Source of the DNA: an uncultured delta proteobacterium
GTDB lineage: Bacteria > Myxococcota_A > Polyangia > Polyangiales > Polyangiaceae
Reading direction: 5' to 3'
DNA: 64,000 bases
NCBI GenBank assembly: GCA_963782055.1
Contig: CAWAIF010000003.1
Location: forward strand, 416,001-480,000
The notes below the pieces were generated by a model. That model saw only the letters and a list, made by a program, of their open reading frames with translations, was not told the DNA's origin and made no database searches. Positions 41,389 to 50,167 of the stretch are shown here, piece by piece. How positions within the stretch are numbered: the stretch's first letter is position 1; the number at the start of each line of letters is the position of its first letter. Position numbers and translations under genes: made by a program.

Positions 41389-42780
41389 GTGGCCTACGAC
41401 TACGACCTGATCGTGATCGGCGCCGGTCCGGCCGGCGAGAAGGGGGCCGCGCAGGCCGCCTACTTCGGCAAGCGCGTCTGCATCGTGGAGCGCGAGCCGG
41501 AGCCCGGCGGCGCGGCGGTGCACACCGGGACGCTGCCCTCCAAGACGCTGCGCGAGACGGCGATCTTCCTCTCCGGCTACCGGCAGAGCGAGCTCTACGG
41601 GCTCACCGTGAGCGTCAACCCCGAGCTCGCGGTGCCCAAGCTGCTCTCGCGCAAGGACGCGGTGCGCGAACTGGAGGTCAAGCGGATCAAGTGGAACCTG
41701 GATCGCCACGGGGTCACGCAGCTGGTGGGCGCCGCGCGCCTCACTGACCCGCACGCCGTGGAGGTGCGCGACACCGCGGGCGACGTGGTGGAGCGCATGA
41801 CCGGGGAGGTCGTGCTGGTGGCGACGGGGTCGGCGCCCTACCACCCGCCGAACATCCCCTTCGACGACGAGGACGTGGACGACTCCGACACCATCCTGCT
41901 GCTCGACCGCCTCCCGAAGAGGATGGTGGTGGTGGGCGGCGGCGTCATCGGCTGCGAGTACGCCTCCATGTTCGCGGCGATGCACGTCAAGGTCACGCTG
42001 GTGGAGGGCCGGCCGCGCCTGTTGCCCTTCCTCGACGCCGAGATGGGCGACCGGCTGCGCGGCGCCATGGCGGGCCTGGGCGTGGACTTCCGCATGGCCG
42101 CGCGCACCGCGAGCGTGACGCGCGAGGGCGCGGAGATCATCGTCGTGCTGGAGGGTGGGGAGCGCCTCGCGTGCGACCGGCTGCTCGTCGCATCCGGCCG
42201 CGGGGGCCGCACCGCGGGGCTCGGTCTGGAGGAGGCGGGCGTGTCGCTCGACAAGCGCGGCTACGTGCAGGTGAGCGAGCACTACGCCACCGCGGTGCCG
42301 AGCGTCTACGCGGCGGGCGACGTCATCGGCTTCCCGGCGCTGGCGTCCACGTCGATGGAGCAGGCGCGGGTGGCGGTGTGCCACGCCTTCGGCTTCACCT
42401 ACAAGAAGCAGGTCTCCCACCTGCTCCCGTACGGCGTCTATACCATCCCGGAGGTGAGCTGCGTCGGCTTCTCGGAGGAGCAGGCGAAGGAGAAGGGGAT
42501 CGACTATGTCGTCGGCCGCGCCTTCTACCGGGACAACGCGCGCGGCAAGATCATCGGGGACAAGGACGGCGTCATCAAGCTCCTGTTCGACAAGGCGGAC
42601 CGCAAGCTCGTCGGGTGTCACTGCATCGGCGACAGGGCGAGCGAGCTGGTGCACATCGGTCAGGCGGTCATCACCCTGGGCGGCACGGTGGACACCTTCA
42701 TCGAGATGGTCTTCAACTACCCGACCCTCGCCGAGCTCTTCAAGTACGCGGCCTACGACGCCCTGGCGGGCCTCGCGTAG
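41389..42780 (+). CDS. sthA: Soluble pyridine nucleotide transhydrogenase
   Basis: GAGPAG, HTGTLPSKTLRE without the redox CxxxxC, GGGVIGCEYAS and FNYPTLAE. Confidence 0.9.
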   Translation: MAYDYDLIVIGAGPAGEKGAAQAAYFGKRVCIVEREPEPGGAAVHTGTLPSKTLRETAIFLSGYRQSELYGLTVSVNPELAVPKLLSRKDAVRELEVKRIKWNLDRHGVTQLVGAARLTDPHAVEVRDTAGDVVERMTGEVVLVATGSAPYHPPNIPFDDEDVDDSDTILLLDRLPKRMVVVGGGVIGCEYASMFAAMHVKVTLVEGRPRLLPFLDAEMGDRLRGAMAGLGVDFRMAARTASVTREGAEIIVVLEGGERLACDRLLVASGRGGRTAGLGLEEAGVSLDKRGYVQVSEHYATAVPSVYAAGDVIGFPALASTSMEQARVAVCHAFGFTYKKQVSHLLPYGVYTIPEVSCVGFSEEQAKEKGIDYVVGRAFYRDNARGKIIGDKDGVIKLLFDKADRKLVGCHCIGDRASELVHIGQAVITLGGTVDTFIEMVFNYPTLAELFKYAAYDALAGLA

Positions 42781-42820
42781 CGAGCGCGCCAGCGTGCGAG
42801 CGCAATCAGGTGCCACTGCT

Positions 42821-42990
42821 GCCCGACGCGCAGCGGAGGCCCCGCATGGAGAGGGGCCCCGCCCAATTCACTTGGGCGGGGAGGGGCGGCGCGTGCCGGG
42901 TCGCTAGCGCCCGACGCGTAGCGGAGGGCCCGCGTGGGGAGGGGCCCCGCCCAATTCACTTGGGCGGGGAGGGGCGGCGCGTGCCGCCCC
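42821..42990 (+). repeat. REP-like repeat family B, two tandem ~80-bp copies (42821-42898 and 42909-42990) between convergent genes
   Basis: GCCCGACGCG.AGCGGAGG.CCCGC.TGG..AGGGGCCCCGCCCAATTCACTTGGGCGGGGAGGGGCGGCGCGTGCCG occurs twice, with a period of 88 bp. Confidence 0.9.
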
Positions 42991-42992
42991 TG

Positions 42993-44561
42993 TCAAGGAT
43001 AGGCCTTCTTGATGGCGTCGGTGCACTGCTTGTCGACGCCCTTGCAGATGCCGTAGAGCAGGTTGCGCTCGTCCGGCGTCGCCTTGCCGCTGAAGACGCG
43101 CGGCTCGAGCAGCGCCCGCGCGCTGGAGATCTTGCCCGCCAGGATGAGCTCGCGCGCCTGGCCGGCGACGCTCCCGCGGTGCGTGACGTGCGTGGCCGTC
43201 GCGGTGGGCACGGTGTGCGTGGCCGTCGCGGTGGGCACGGTGTGCGTGGCCGTCGTGGTGGGCACGGTGTGCGTGGCCGTCGTCGTGGGCGCGGTCTCTG
43301 TCGGGGCCTCCGTCGCCGTCGGGTTCGTCGACTGCGCGGCGTCCAGCTCGGCGAGCTTGCTCGTCGCGATGTTGCGGCGGCTCTCCGGGACGGTGTCGGT
43401 CGCCTCCACCTGGTGCAGGAGGCTCCGCTTCTTCACCGGATCGGTCTCCTTGTCGGCTCGGTCCAGAAGGGAGTCGGCCCACTTGGTCTCGATGTTCTGG
43501 AAGTCGGTGGACTTGCGGAGCGGCGACTCGTCGGCGATGCCGACCATGAGCTTGTCGTGGGCGACGTCGCACTTGCCGTCGTCGCAGAGCTGCTTGGCGG
43601 CCTCCAGCGCGAGCTGCTCGGGGTCCTCGATCGCGCTCGGCACCGGGCCGTCGGGGCCGGGCGCGCTCTTCCTCTCCTGGTAGATGGCGACGCCGGCGAC
43701 GAGGCCCCCCGCCAGCACCACGCCGAGGAGGATCCACGGGATCAGGCCGGCGCCAGGCTTGCGTTCGGCCGCCCGGTACGAGCCCGGAGGCCTGTCGCTG
43801 ATGGCCTCGAGCTGCTGGCTGTCGCCCACGCCGGGCAGGAAGATCTGCCCCGCGCCGACGAAGCGGAAGCGGACGTCGCCGAGCTCGATGACGTCGCCCG
43901 GCTCGATGATGCTGCGCCGCAGCTCGGAGGCGTTGATGCGCACGCCGTTGGACGAGCCCTTGTCCACGATCTCGTAGCGGCCCTCCCCGAGGGAGTGGAT
44001 CTCGCAGTGCAGGCGCGACACCGAGTTGTGGTTGACCGAGATGGTGGCGTCCTCCGCCCGGCCGATGGTCACGCGCTCGTCGGTCAGCGGGTACTCGGCG
44101 CCGGGCGTCGGGCCGGCCAGCATGACGAGGCGGTTGGGCCGCTCCATCAGCATCGCGGCTCGGTTCATCACGCCCGTCGGCACCGTGGACTTCATGTCCT
44201 GGGTGGTGCCGCCCGGGCCGGGGGCCACGCCCTCCACCAGGGCGTCGTCCTGCATGATGATGCGGTAGTCGCCGATCTGGATCAGATCGCCGTGCTGCAA
44301 CTCCTGCGGCTGCGCCACGCGCAGACCGTTGACGTAGACGCCGTTGTAGCTGTCCAGGTCTTCCAGGTAGTAGCCGGACTGCGGAGGCGCGGCTGGCGCG
44401 CTGGTGCCGTTGGTCTTGTGGACCTTGGCGTGGTCACGCGAGACGTTGCGCTCCGTCAGGCGGATGGTGTTCCCCTCTTTGCGCCCGATCGTGTAGTCGT
44501 CGCGCGTCAGCGGCACGACGGTCCGCTTCCCTTCGTCGTCCTCGATGACCAGCTTCCACAT
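42993..44561 (-). CDS. Double-FHA-domain membrane protein with Thr-rich periplasmic repeats
   Basis: Two FHA motifs (IGR...NVSRDH...SYNG and IGR...SVSRLH...SSNG), a TM helix and TATHTVPT repeats. Confidence 0.88.
   Translation of the reverse strand: MWKLVIEDDEGKRTVVPLTRDDYTIGRKEGNTIRLTERNVSRDHAKVHKTNGTSAPAAPPQSGYYLEDLDSYNGVYVNGLRVAQPQELQHGDLIQIGDYRIIMQDDALVEGVAPGPGGTTQDMKSTVPTGVMNRAAMLMERPNRLVMLAGPTPGAEYPLTDERVTIGRAEDATISVNHNSVSRLHCEIHSLGEGRYEIVDKGSSNGVRINASELRRSIIEPGDVIELGDVRFRFVGAGQIFLPGVGDSQQLEAISDRPPGSYRAAERKPGAGLIPWILLGVVLAGGLVAGVAIYQERKSAPGPDGPVPSAIEDPEQLALEAAKQLCDDGKCDVAHDKLMVGIADESPLRKSTDFQNIETKWADSLLDRADKETDPVKKRSLLHQVEATDTVPESRRNIATSKLAELDAAQSTNPTATEAPTETAPTTTATHTVPTTTATHTVPTATATHTVPTATATHVTHRGSVAGQARELILAGKISSARALLEPRVFSGKATPDERNLLYGICKGVDKQCTDAIKKAYP
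43188..43290. repeat. 27-bp coding tandem repeat (~3.8 copies; TATHTVPTA)
   Basis: GTGCGTGGCCGTCGCGGTGGGCACGGT repeated. Confidence 0.85.
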
Positions 44562-44788
44562 GGGGCTTTGGTTGTTCGCCTCGGACAGCAATGGGGGGAG
44601 GGGGCCAGGCACGACGGACAACATGACGTGAACCTGGCGGGCTTGTGAACCGTGTTCGGCGCCAAGTTTAGCGAGGGCGGCCCGCTTCACGCAACCAGTC
44701 CCATCGCGGCCCTGCGCGAGAGGTCGCACGGCGCCGCGAGTTCAGCCTCCCGATGGCCCACTTGCGGGGGCGTCCCGGCCCTCCAGCC

Positions 44789-44821
44789 TTGACGTGTGAT
44801 ACATGCCGTCTTATGTATCAC
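44789..44821 (+). promoter_or_regulatory. Promoter (-35 TTGACG) overlapped by a perfect inverted repeat (candidate operator)
   Basis: GTGATACAT-N8-ATGTATCAC at 44796-44821, directly after TTGACG. Confidence 0.6.
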
Positions 44822-44908
44822 GACGTGACACAACGAGCGAAGGGCAAGGGCCTCGAGCCGCCGAAAGGCGCCCGTCGCCCCGAGAAACCGGCGAGAGACG
44901 AGGATTCC

Positions 44909-45382
44909 ATGGAAGTCGAGGCGCGAGACAACGACCGCAAGGAGCGGGTGCTTCACACCCGGGTGCCGGCGGTGCTGGAGCGGGAGCTGAAGCGCTTCGC
45001 CGAGAACCTGCGGGTGCCGGTCTCCAACCTGGTGCGCACCATCCTGGAGGACGCGGTGGACGTGGCCGACATCGCCGGCGACCGGGTGGAGGAGCGGCTG
45101 CGCCACGCCGCCACCACCCTGGAGAAGGAGCGTGAGCGGCTGCGCCGGCGCGTGAAGGCCGACCCGCTGGCCGACGTGTTCGCCTACCAGGAGGTCACGC
45201 TCGCGCAGGCCTCGGCCTGCGCCAGGTGCGGGGAGGTCTTGCCCGCGGGGTCCCGCGCGCACCTCGGCCTCTGCGACGCCAAGCCCGGCAGCCGCGTCAC
45301 CCCGAAGATCTTCGTCTGCGGCAAATGTCTGCCGCACGACCTGCCGACGCCAGAGAAGGAAGAAGAAGGAGACGAGTCATGA
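44909..45382 (+). CDS. Hypothetical protein with ribbon-helix-helix-like N-terminus and C-terminal CxxC...CxxC zinc finger
   Basis: VLHTRVPAVLERELKRFAENLRVPVSNLVRTILEDA, then CARC...CGKC. Confidence 0.65.
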   Translation: MEVEARDNDRKERVLHTRVPAVLERELKRFAENLRVPVSNLVRTILEDAVDVADIAGDRVEERLRHAATTLEKERERLRRRVKADPLADVFAYQEVTLAQASACARCGEVLPAGSRAHLGLCDAKPGSRVTPKIFVCGKCLPHDLPTPEKEEEGDES

Positions 45383-45624
45383 GCACGCACGAGACCGCAC
45401 ACCCCGAGGAGAAGAAGACCGCCGCCACCATCGTCGACTCGCTGTTCGACGTGGGCGAGGCCTGGGCTTCCTACGGCCTGAAGGTGGGCCAGCTCGCCCT
45501 CGAGACGAGCGCCCGCACGCTCGGCGGCGTCGCCAGGACGCTCGGCGCCCTCGCCGAGGGCCTGAAGAAGCCAGAAGAAGACGTGCACGTGATCGACGGC
45601 GCCGGCGAGTCGGTGCAGGGCTGA
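45379..45624 (+). CDS. Small hypothetical protein
   Basis: ATGA overlap with the upstream gene, a GGAG RBS and typical codon usage. Confidence 0.6.
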   Translation: MSTHETAHPEEKKTAATIVDSLFDVGEAWASYGLKVGQLALETSARTLGGVARTLGALAEGLKKPEEDVHVIDGAGESVQG

Positions 45625-46371
45625 TCACCCCTCCACGGACTGGGGCTCGCCTGCGGGCAGCGTCGCGACGAAGGCGTCGCGCGCGGCGCGCACGCGGGCC
45701 TCGTCCAGCCCGTCGAAGGTGAGCTTGGTCTTGTAGGCCGGGTCCCGCCACTTCGGGTACGAGCCGACGTCGACGTCCGGGAAGGCGGCCACCACCCTGT
45801 CCAGCAGGGGCTTGAGGTCGCCTTCTTCCATCCGGGTGTAGACGGCGAGCGAGACGTACCCGCGCCCCGCGCCGATGCGCTCCGCCACGACGGGCAGCTT
45901 CATGCGGAACACCTCCGGGATGCCCGGCAAACACCAGGTGTTCTCCATCCGCACCGTGGGCCAGCGCACCTCCGCGCTCACCTCCAGCGCGGCGCCCCGC
46001 GGGATGAGCGCCATGCGCAGGTGGCCGTCCCCGCAGCGCTCACCGTAGTGCGTGCGGAGCATCCGCTCCAGCTCGGGGTCGGAGACCACCGGCACGTCGT
46101 AGGCCCTGGCCACCGCCTCGATGGTGACGTCGTCGTGGGTGGGACCGACGCCGCCGGAGGTGAACAGCCAGTCGTGAGCCTTCGCCAGCAGGCGGACCTC
46201 CCCGGCGATCACCTCCACCTCGTCCGGCACCACCACCACGCGGGCGAGGCGCACGCCCAGGCGCCGGAGCAGGCGCGCCAGCTCCGCGACGTTCTTCTCC
46301 TCGATCTTGCCGGAGAGGATCTCGTTGCCGATCACCAAGGCCGCGGCGGTCTTCGTGGGCGACGGGGGCAT
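45625..46371 (-). CDS. CinA N-terminal-like / molybdopterin-binding (MoCF) domain protein
   Basis: IGNEILSGKIEEKN, SGGVGPTHDDVT, LPGIP and VGSYP. Confidence 0.85.
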   Translation of the reverse strand: MPPSPTKTAAALVIGNEILSGKIEEKNVAELARLLRRLGVRLARVVVVPDEVEVIAGEVRLLAKAHDWLFTSGGVGPTHDDVTIEAVARAYDVPVVSDPELERMLRTHYGERCGDGHLRMALIPRGAALEVSAEVRWPTVRMENTWCLPGIPEVFRMKLPVVAERIGAGRGYVSLAVYTRMEEGDLKPLLDRVVAAFPDVDVGSYPKWRDPAYKTKLTFDGLDEARVRAARDAFVATLPAGEPQSVEG

Positions 46372-46440
46372 GCCCGCAGCATAGCGCCCCGGGCCGTCGT
46401 CCGCTTTCCGCGCGTAGCGCAGGCCGTGTAAGCTCTCAGG

Positions 46441-46842
46441 GTGACCGCCCGCAAGGTGCTGCTCGTCGAAGACTCGGCCTCGACCCGGGCGTTCGTCCGC
46501 GCCGTGCTGGAGGGGGCCGACCTCGCCGCGCGCTCCGGAGCCTGCGAGGTGACCGAGGCGCGCTCCGGCTTCGAGGCGATGCGGCTGCTCCCCCGCGGGC
46601 CGTACGGCCTCATCGTCACCGACATCAACATGGGGGACATCAACGGGCTGGAGCTCATCAAGTTCGTCCGTCAGAGCGAGCATCACAAGACGACGCCCCT
46701 CATCATCATCTCGACCCAGAACACCGAGCGCGACGTGGAGCGCGGGCTCGCGCTGGGGGCGAACTGCTACGTGCCCAAGCCCTTCACGGCGGAGCAGCTC
46801 ACCGAGGCGTGCGCCGAGTTGCTCGCGGCGGGGGAGACGTGA
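46441..46842 (+). CDS. cheY: CheY-like single-domain response regulator
   Basis: LLVEDS, TDINM, GLEL and KPF; first gene of the che cluster. Confidence 0.85.
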   Translation: MTARKVLLVEDSASTRAFVRAVLEGADLAARSGACEVTEARSGFEAMRLLPRGPYGLIVTDINMGDINGLELIKFVRQSEHHKTTPLIIISTQNTERDVERGLALGANCYVPKPFTAEQLTEACAELLAAGET

Positions 46843-49010
46843 CGGACGAGGGCGGCGGCGGGCACGGCCGCGGCGACGGCCCGACGGATCGCGCGCGGGA
46901 GGAGTTCTTCTCGGAGGCGCAGGAGCTGGTGGACGGCCTGGGGAGCGACCTCCTCGCCCTGGACGACCTCACCAAGACCGGCGGCAACGACCCCGAGCTG
47001 ATCAACGAGGTCTTCCGCGCCGTGCACACGCTCAAGGGGCTCTCTGGCCTCTTCGGCGCGGCGATGATGACCGGCCTCTCGCACGAGCTGGAGGATCTGC
47101 TCGACGACCTGCGCCTCGGCAAGCTGGAGCTCACCCCGGGCGTCCTGGACGTCATCTTCAAGGCGGTCGAGCTGTACGGTCGCCTGCTCGCGGCCGAGCG
47201 CGGAGACGCGCCGGACCCCTCGGAGGACGTGGAGGCGCTGCTCGTCGCGCTCGGCGCGCTCGCGCACGGCGACGAGGCGGCGGCGAGCCCGGTCGCGCAG
47301 TACGAGCTCGACCCCGGGCTGCTCGGCGTGCTCACCGAGTACGAGGAGCACCGCCTGCGGTCCAACATCCAGGCGGGGACGTCGCTCTTCAAGGTGCGCG
47401 TGCAGTTCCCGCTCGCGACGATCGACACCGCGCTGGACGAGCTGAAGGCCAAGGCGCGCCCCCACGGCGAGATCATCACCTACCTGCCGACGGGCGGCGG
47501 CGGCGACGTCGACTCCATCGAGCTGGAGATCCTGCTCGCCAGCCGCGCGCCGGTGCACGTCCTCCGCGAGGCGCTGCTCGGGCCGAACGTGGTCGTCGAC
47601 GAGGTGGCGCGTCGCGCGCCCTCGCCCGCGCGCTCGCTCACCCCGCCCGCGCGCCACACGAGCGCCCCGCCGCCGATGTTCCCCGCAGAGGCAGGCACGC
47701 AGATCGCCGCGGGGCGCCCCGGCGCGAGGGCCTCGCCGCAGTCGCTGCCCCCGCCCGCGGAGGGCGGCAAGGAGCTCTCGCTCCGCTCGGTGAGCCAGAC
47801 GGTGCGCGTCGACATCCACAAGCTCGACCACCTGATGAACATCGTGGGCGAGCTGGCGATCGTCCGCACCGGCCTGGGGGCGCTGGGCGAGCGGGTGCGC
47901 GCGCGCCCGGAGCTGCGCGAGCTGGGCCAGGAGCTGCACCGCCTGAGCCGCGGGTTCGAGCGGCTCCTCGGGCAGATGCAGAACGGCATCCTCGAGGTGC
48001 GCATGGTCCCGCTGGGCCAGGCGTTCGACAAGCTGGCGCGGGTGGTGAGGCAGCTCTCCCGCGACGCCGACAAGCAGGTCAACCTGGTGGTGACGGGCGC
48101 CGAGACGGAGCTGGACAAGCTCATCGTGGAGGAGCTGAGCGACCCGCTCATGCACATGATCCGCAACGCGATCGACCATGGCATCGAGTCGCGCGACGAG
48201 CGGATGCGCGTGGGCAAGCCGCCCGTGGGCACGGTGGCCCTCAACGCCTTCCAGAAGGGCAATCAGGTCGTCATCGAGGTCGAGGACGACGGGCGCGGCA
48301 TGGACCCGACGCTCCTCGTCGCCACCGCGGTCAAGCGCGGCGTGCTCACGGCGGAGGAGGCGCGCGACCTCTCCCCGCGGGAGCTTCTGGCGCTCGTCTT
48401 CCGCCCGGGGTTCACCACGCGCGAGACCGCGACCGACACCTCCGGGCGCGGCATCGGCATGGACGTCGTCAAGACGAACATCGGCAAGCTCGGCGGCATC
48501 GTCGACATCACGAGCGACGTGGGCATCGGCACCAAGATGACGATCACCCTGCCGATCACCCTCGCCATCATCAGCGCGCTCTTCGTGGAGATCGTCGGGC
48601 ACAAGTACGCCATGCCGCTGGCGAGCGTGGAGGAGGCCATCGTCTTCGACCCGTCCCTGCTGCGCTCCTTCGAGGGGCGCGACGTGATGACGGTGCGTGG
48701 CGCCACGCTCCCCGTGGTCTCGCTCGCACGCCTCTTCGGTCACGGCGGCGCGCGCGCGTCCGCCAACGAGAAGGGCTTCGTCGTCGTCGCGGCCGTGGGA
48801 TCGCGTCGCCTCGGCTTCGTGGTGGAGCGGCTCATCGGGCAGCAGGACATCGTCATCAAGGCGCTGGGGCGGACGCTGTCGCGGGTGCGCGGCTTCGCCG
48901 GCGCGACGGAGCTGGGCGATCAGCGCGTCGCCCTGGTGCTGGACATGGCGGCGCTGGTGGACGAGGTGCTGGCCACCTCCACCGAGGCGCGCGTTGAGGG
49001 CCGGGCCTGA
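46839..49010 (+). CDS. cheA: Chemotaxis histidine kinase CheA
   Basis: Hpt FRAVHTLKG, VRVDIHKLDHLMN, HMIRNAIDHGIE, DDGRG, SGRGIGMDVV and a C-terminal CheW-like domain. Confidence 0.96.
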   Translation: MTDEGGGGHGRGDGPTDRAREEFFSEAQELVDGLGSDLLALDDLTKTGGNDPELINEVFRAVHTLKGLSGLFGAAMMTGLSHELEDLLDDLRLGKLELTPGVLDVIFKAVELYGRLLAAERGDAPDPSEDVEALLVALGALAHGDEAAASPVAQYELDPGLLGVLTEYEEHRLRSNIQAGTSLFKVRVQFPLATIDTALDELKAKARPHGEIITYLPTGGGGDVDSIELEILLASRAPVHVLREALLGPNVVVDEVARRAPSPARSLTPPARHTSAPPPMFPAEAGTQIAAGRPGARASPQSLPPPAEGGKELSLRSVSQTVRVDIHKLDHLMNIVGELAIVRTGLGALGERVRARPELRELGQELHRLSRGFERLLGQMQNGILEVRMVPLGQAFDKLARVVRQLSRDADKQVNLVVTGAETELDKLIVEELSDPLMHMIRNAIDHGIESRDERMRVGKPPVGTVALNAFQKGNQVVIEVEDDGRGMDPTLLVATAVKRGVLTAEEARDLSPRELLALVFRPGFTTRETATDTSGRGIGMDVVKTNIGKLGGIVDITSDVGIGTKMTITLPITLAIISALFVEIVGHKYAMPLASVEEAIVFDPSLLRSFEGRDVMTVRGATLPVVSLARLFGHGGARASANEKGFVVVAAVGSRRLGFVVERLIGQQDIVIKALGRTLSRVRGFAGATELGDQRVALVLDMAALVDEVLATSTEARVEGRA

Positions 49011-49522
49011 TGGCGGCGCTCGTCAAGCGAAGGGCCGAGCCGCTCGGTCGCCGCACCGGAGACGGGAAGAAGCGGACCGAGTACCTGGCCTTCGTCCTGG
49101 CCGGGGACACCTACGCGGTGCGCATCGGCGTGGTGGCCGAGATCCTCAAGCCGCCGCCCATCACCGAGGTGCCTCGCGCGCCCAGCCCCATCGTGGGTGT
49201 CGTCAGCGTCCGCGGCCGGCTGGTGACGGTGCTCGACCTGCGCCGCCGCTTCAACCTGCCGGAGGCCCCCTTCGATCACCGCACGCGCATCCTCCTCGTC
49301 GACGTCGGGGAGAACGAGCTCGCCGGACTCCTCGTCGACGAGGTGCTGCAGGTCTACCGCCTCGCCGAGGACGAGATTGAGCCCGCGCAGGTGCTCGGCG
49401 GCGACCAGCCGGCGCACATCGTCGGCATCGGCCGGCCGCAGGCCCCTGGCGCGCCCGGCGCGCGTCGGGGGGACGGCGTCATCCTCATCCTGCTCGACCT
49501 CCGGTCCACCATCGAGACGTGA
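49010..49522 (+). CDS. cheW: CheW adaptor
   Basis: ITEVPRAPSPIVGVVSVRGRLVTVLDL and GLLVDEV. Confidence 0.92.
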   Translation: MAALVKRRAEPLGRRTGDGKKRTEYLAFVLAGDTYAVRIGVVAEILKPPPITEVPRAPSPIVGVVSVRGRLVTVLDLRRRFNLPEAPFDHRTRILLVDVGENELAGLLVDEVLQVYRLAEDEIEPAQVLGGDQPAHIVGIGRPQAPGAPGARRGDGVILILLDLRSTIET

Positions 49523-49524
49523 GA

Positions 49525-49546
49525 GAATGTGAATGAATTCACATCT
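49525..49546. promoter_or_regulatory. CRP/FNR-type binding site
   Basis: GAATGTGA-ATGAAT-TCACATCT, a perfect TGTGA-N6-TCACA. Confidence 0.6.
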
Positions 49547-49564
49547 GTCTCTCCACAGGTCGCG

Positions 49565-49645
49565 GGGGCGGCGCGCGCCGCCCCTCCCCGCCCAGGTCAT
49601 GGGTCGGGGCCTCTCCCCACGCGGGCCCTCCGCCCCGCGTCGGGC
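49565..49645 (-). repeat. REP-like repeat family B, third copy (inverted)
   Basis: The reverse complement reads GCCCGACGCGGGGCGGAGGGCCCGCGTGGGGAGAGGCCCCGACCCATGACCTGGGCGGGGAGGGGCGGCGCGCGCCGCCCC. Confidence 0.85.
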
Positions 49646-49684
49646 TGCCGGACCTGACGGAATGCTTCACAGGCTCTGACATCC

Positions 49685-50167
49685 ATGGAAAGACGCCAGC
49701 GCAAGGACCCGTCCAAGAACCTCGTCGAGTGTGTCATCGGCGAGGTGCGCTACGCGATCCCCATCGCGGTGGTGCGGGAGATCGTCAACCCCCTGCCGCT
49801 GGTGGAGCTGCCCAGCGCGCCCGCGGCGGTGATCGGCGTGGCGGACTACCGCGACGAGGTCGTCCCGGTGCTCGACCTGCGCGCCCGCTTCGGGCTGGAG
49901 GCGGCGCCCCTCACGCGCCGCACCAAGTGGGTGGTGGTGGACCGCGGCTCGCACCTGCTCGCGCTCGTGGTGGACGGCGTGACCGAGGTCTTCCGCAGCG
50001 GCGAGATCCGCGACGCCCCCCCGATCGGCCCGGGCGACGACGTGCGCGGGATCGACGGCGTCACCACCCACGAGGGGGAGATGGTGTTCGTGCTGGACGC
50101 CGCGCGCTTCGACGACGTGGTCGCGCCCCTCGCGCGCGCCGCGCTGGCCCAGGGGGCGCGGACGTGA
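49685..50167 (+). CDS. cheW: Second CheW adaptor
   Basis: LPSAPAAVIGVADYRDEVVPVLDLR and ALVVDGV. Confidence 0.88.
   Translation: MERRQRKDPSKNLVECVIGEVRYAIPIAVVREIVNPLPLVELPSAPAAVIGVADYRDEVVPVLDLRARFGLEAAPLTRRTKWVVVDRGSHLLALVVDGVTEVFRSGEIRDAPPIGPGDDVRGIDGVTTHEGEMVFVLDAARFDDVVAPLARAALAQGART

Noticed and set aside
41389..42780. Dihydrolipoamide dehydrogenase (E3) partner for the E2 gene
   Set aside because: It lacks the redox CxxxxC and the HPTxxE motif (it has YPTLAE), which fits SthA.
42821..42990. Tandem repeats as a CRISPR array
   Set aside because: There are only two ~80-bp units with a ~10-bp gap, no unique spacers and no cas genes. The pattern fits a REP element.
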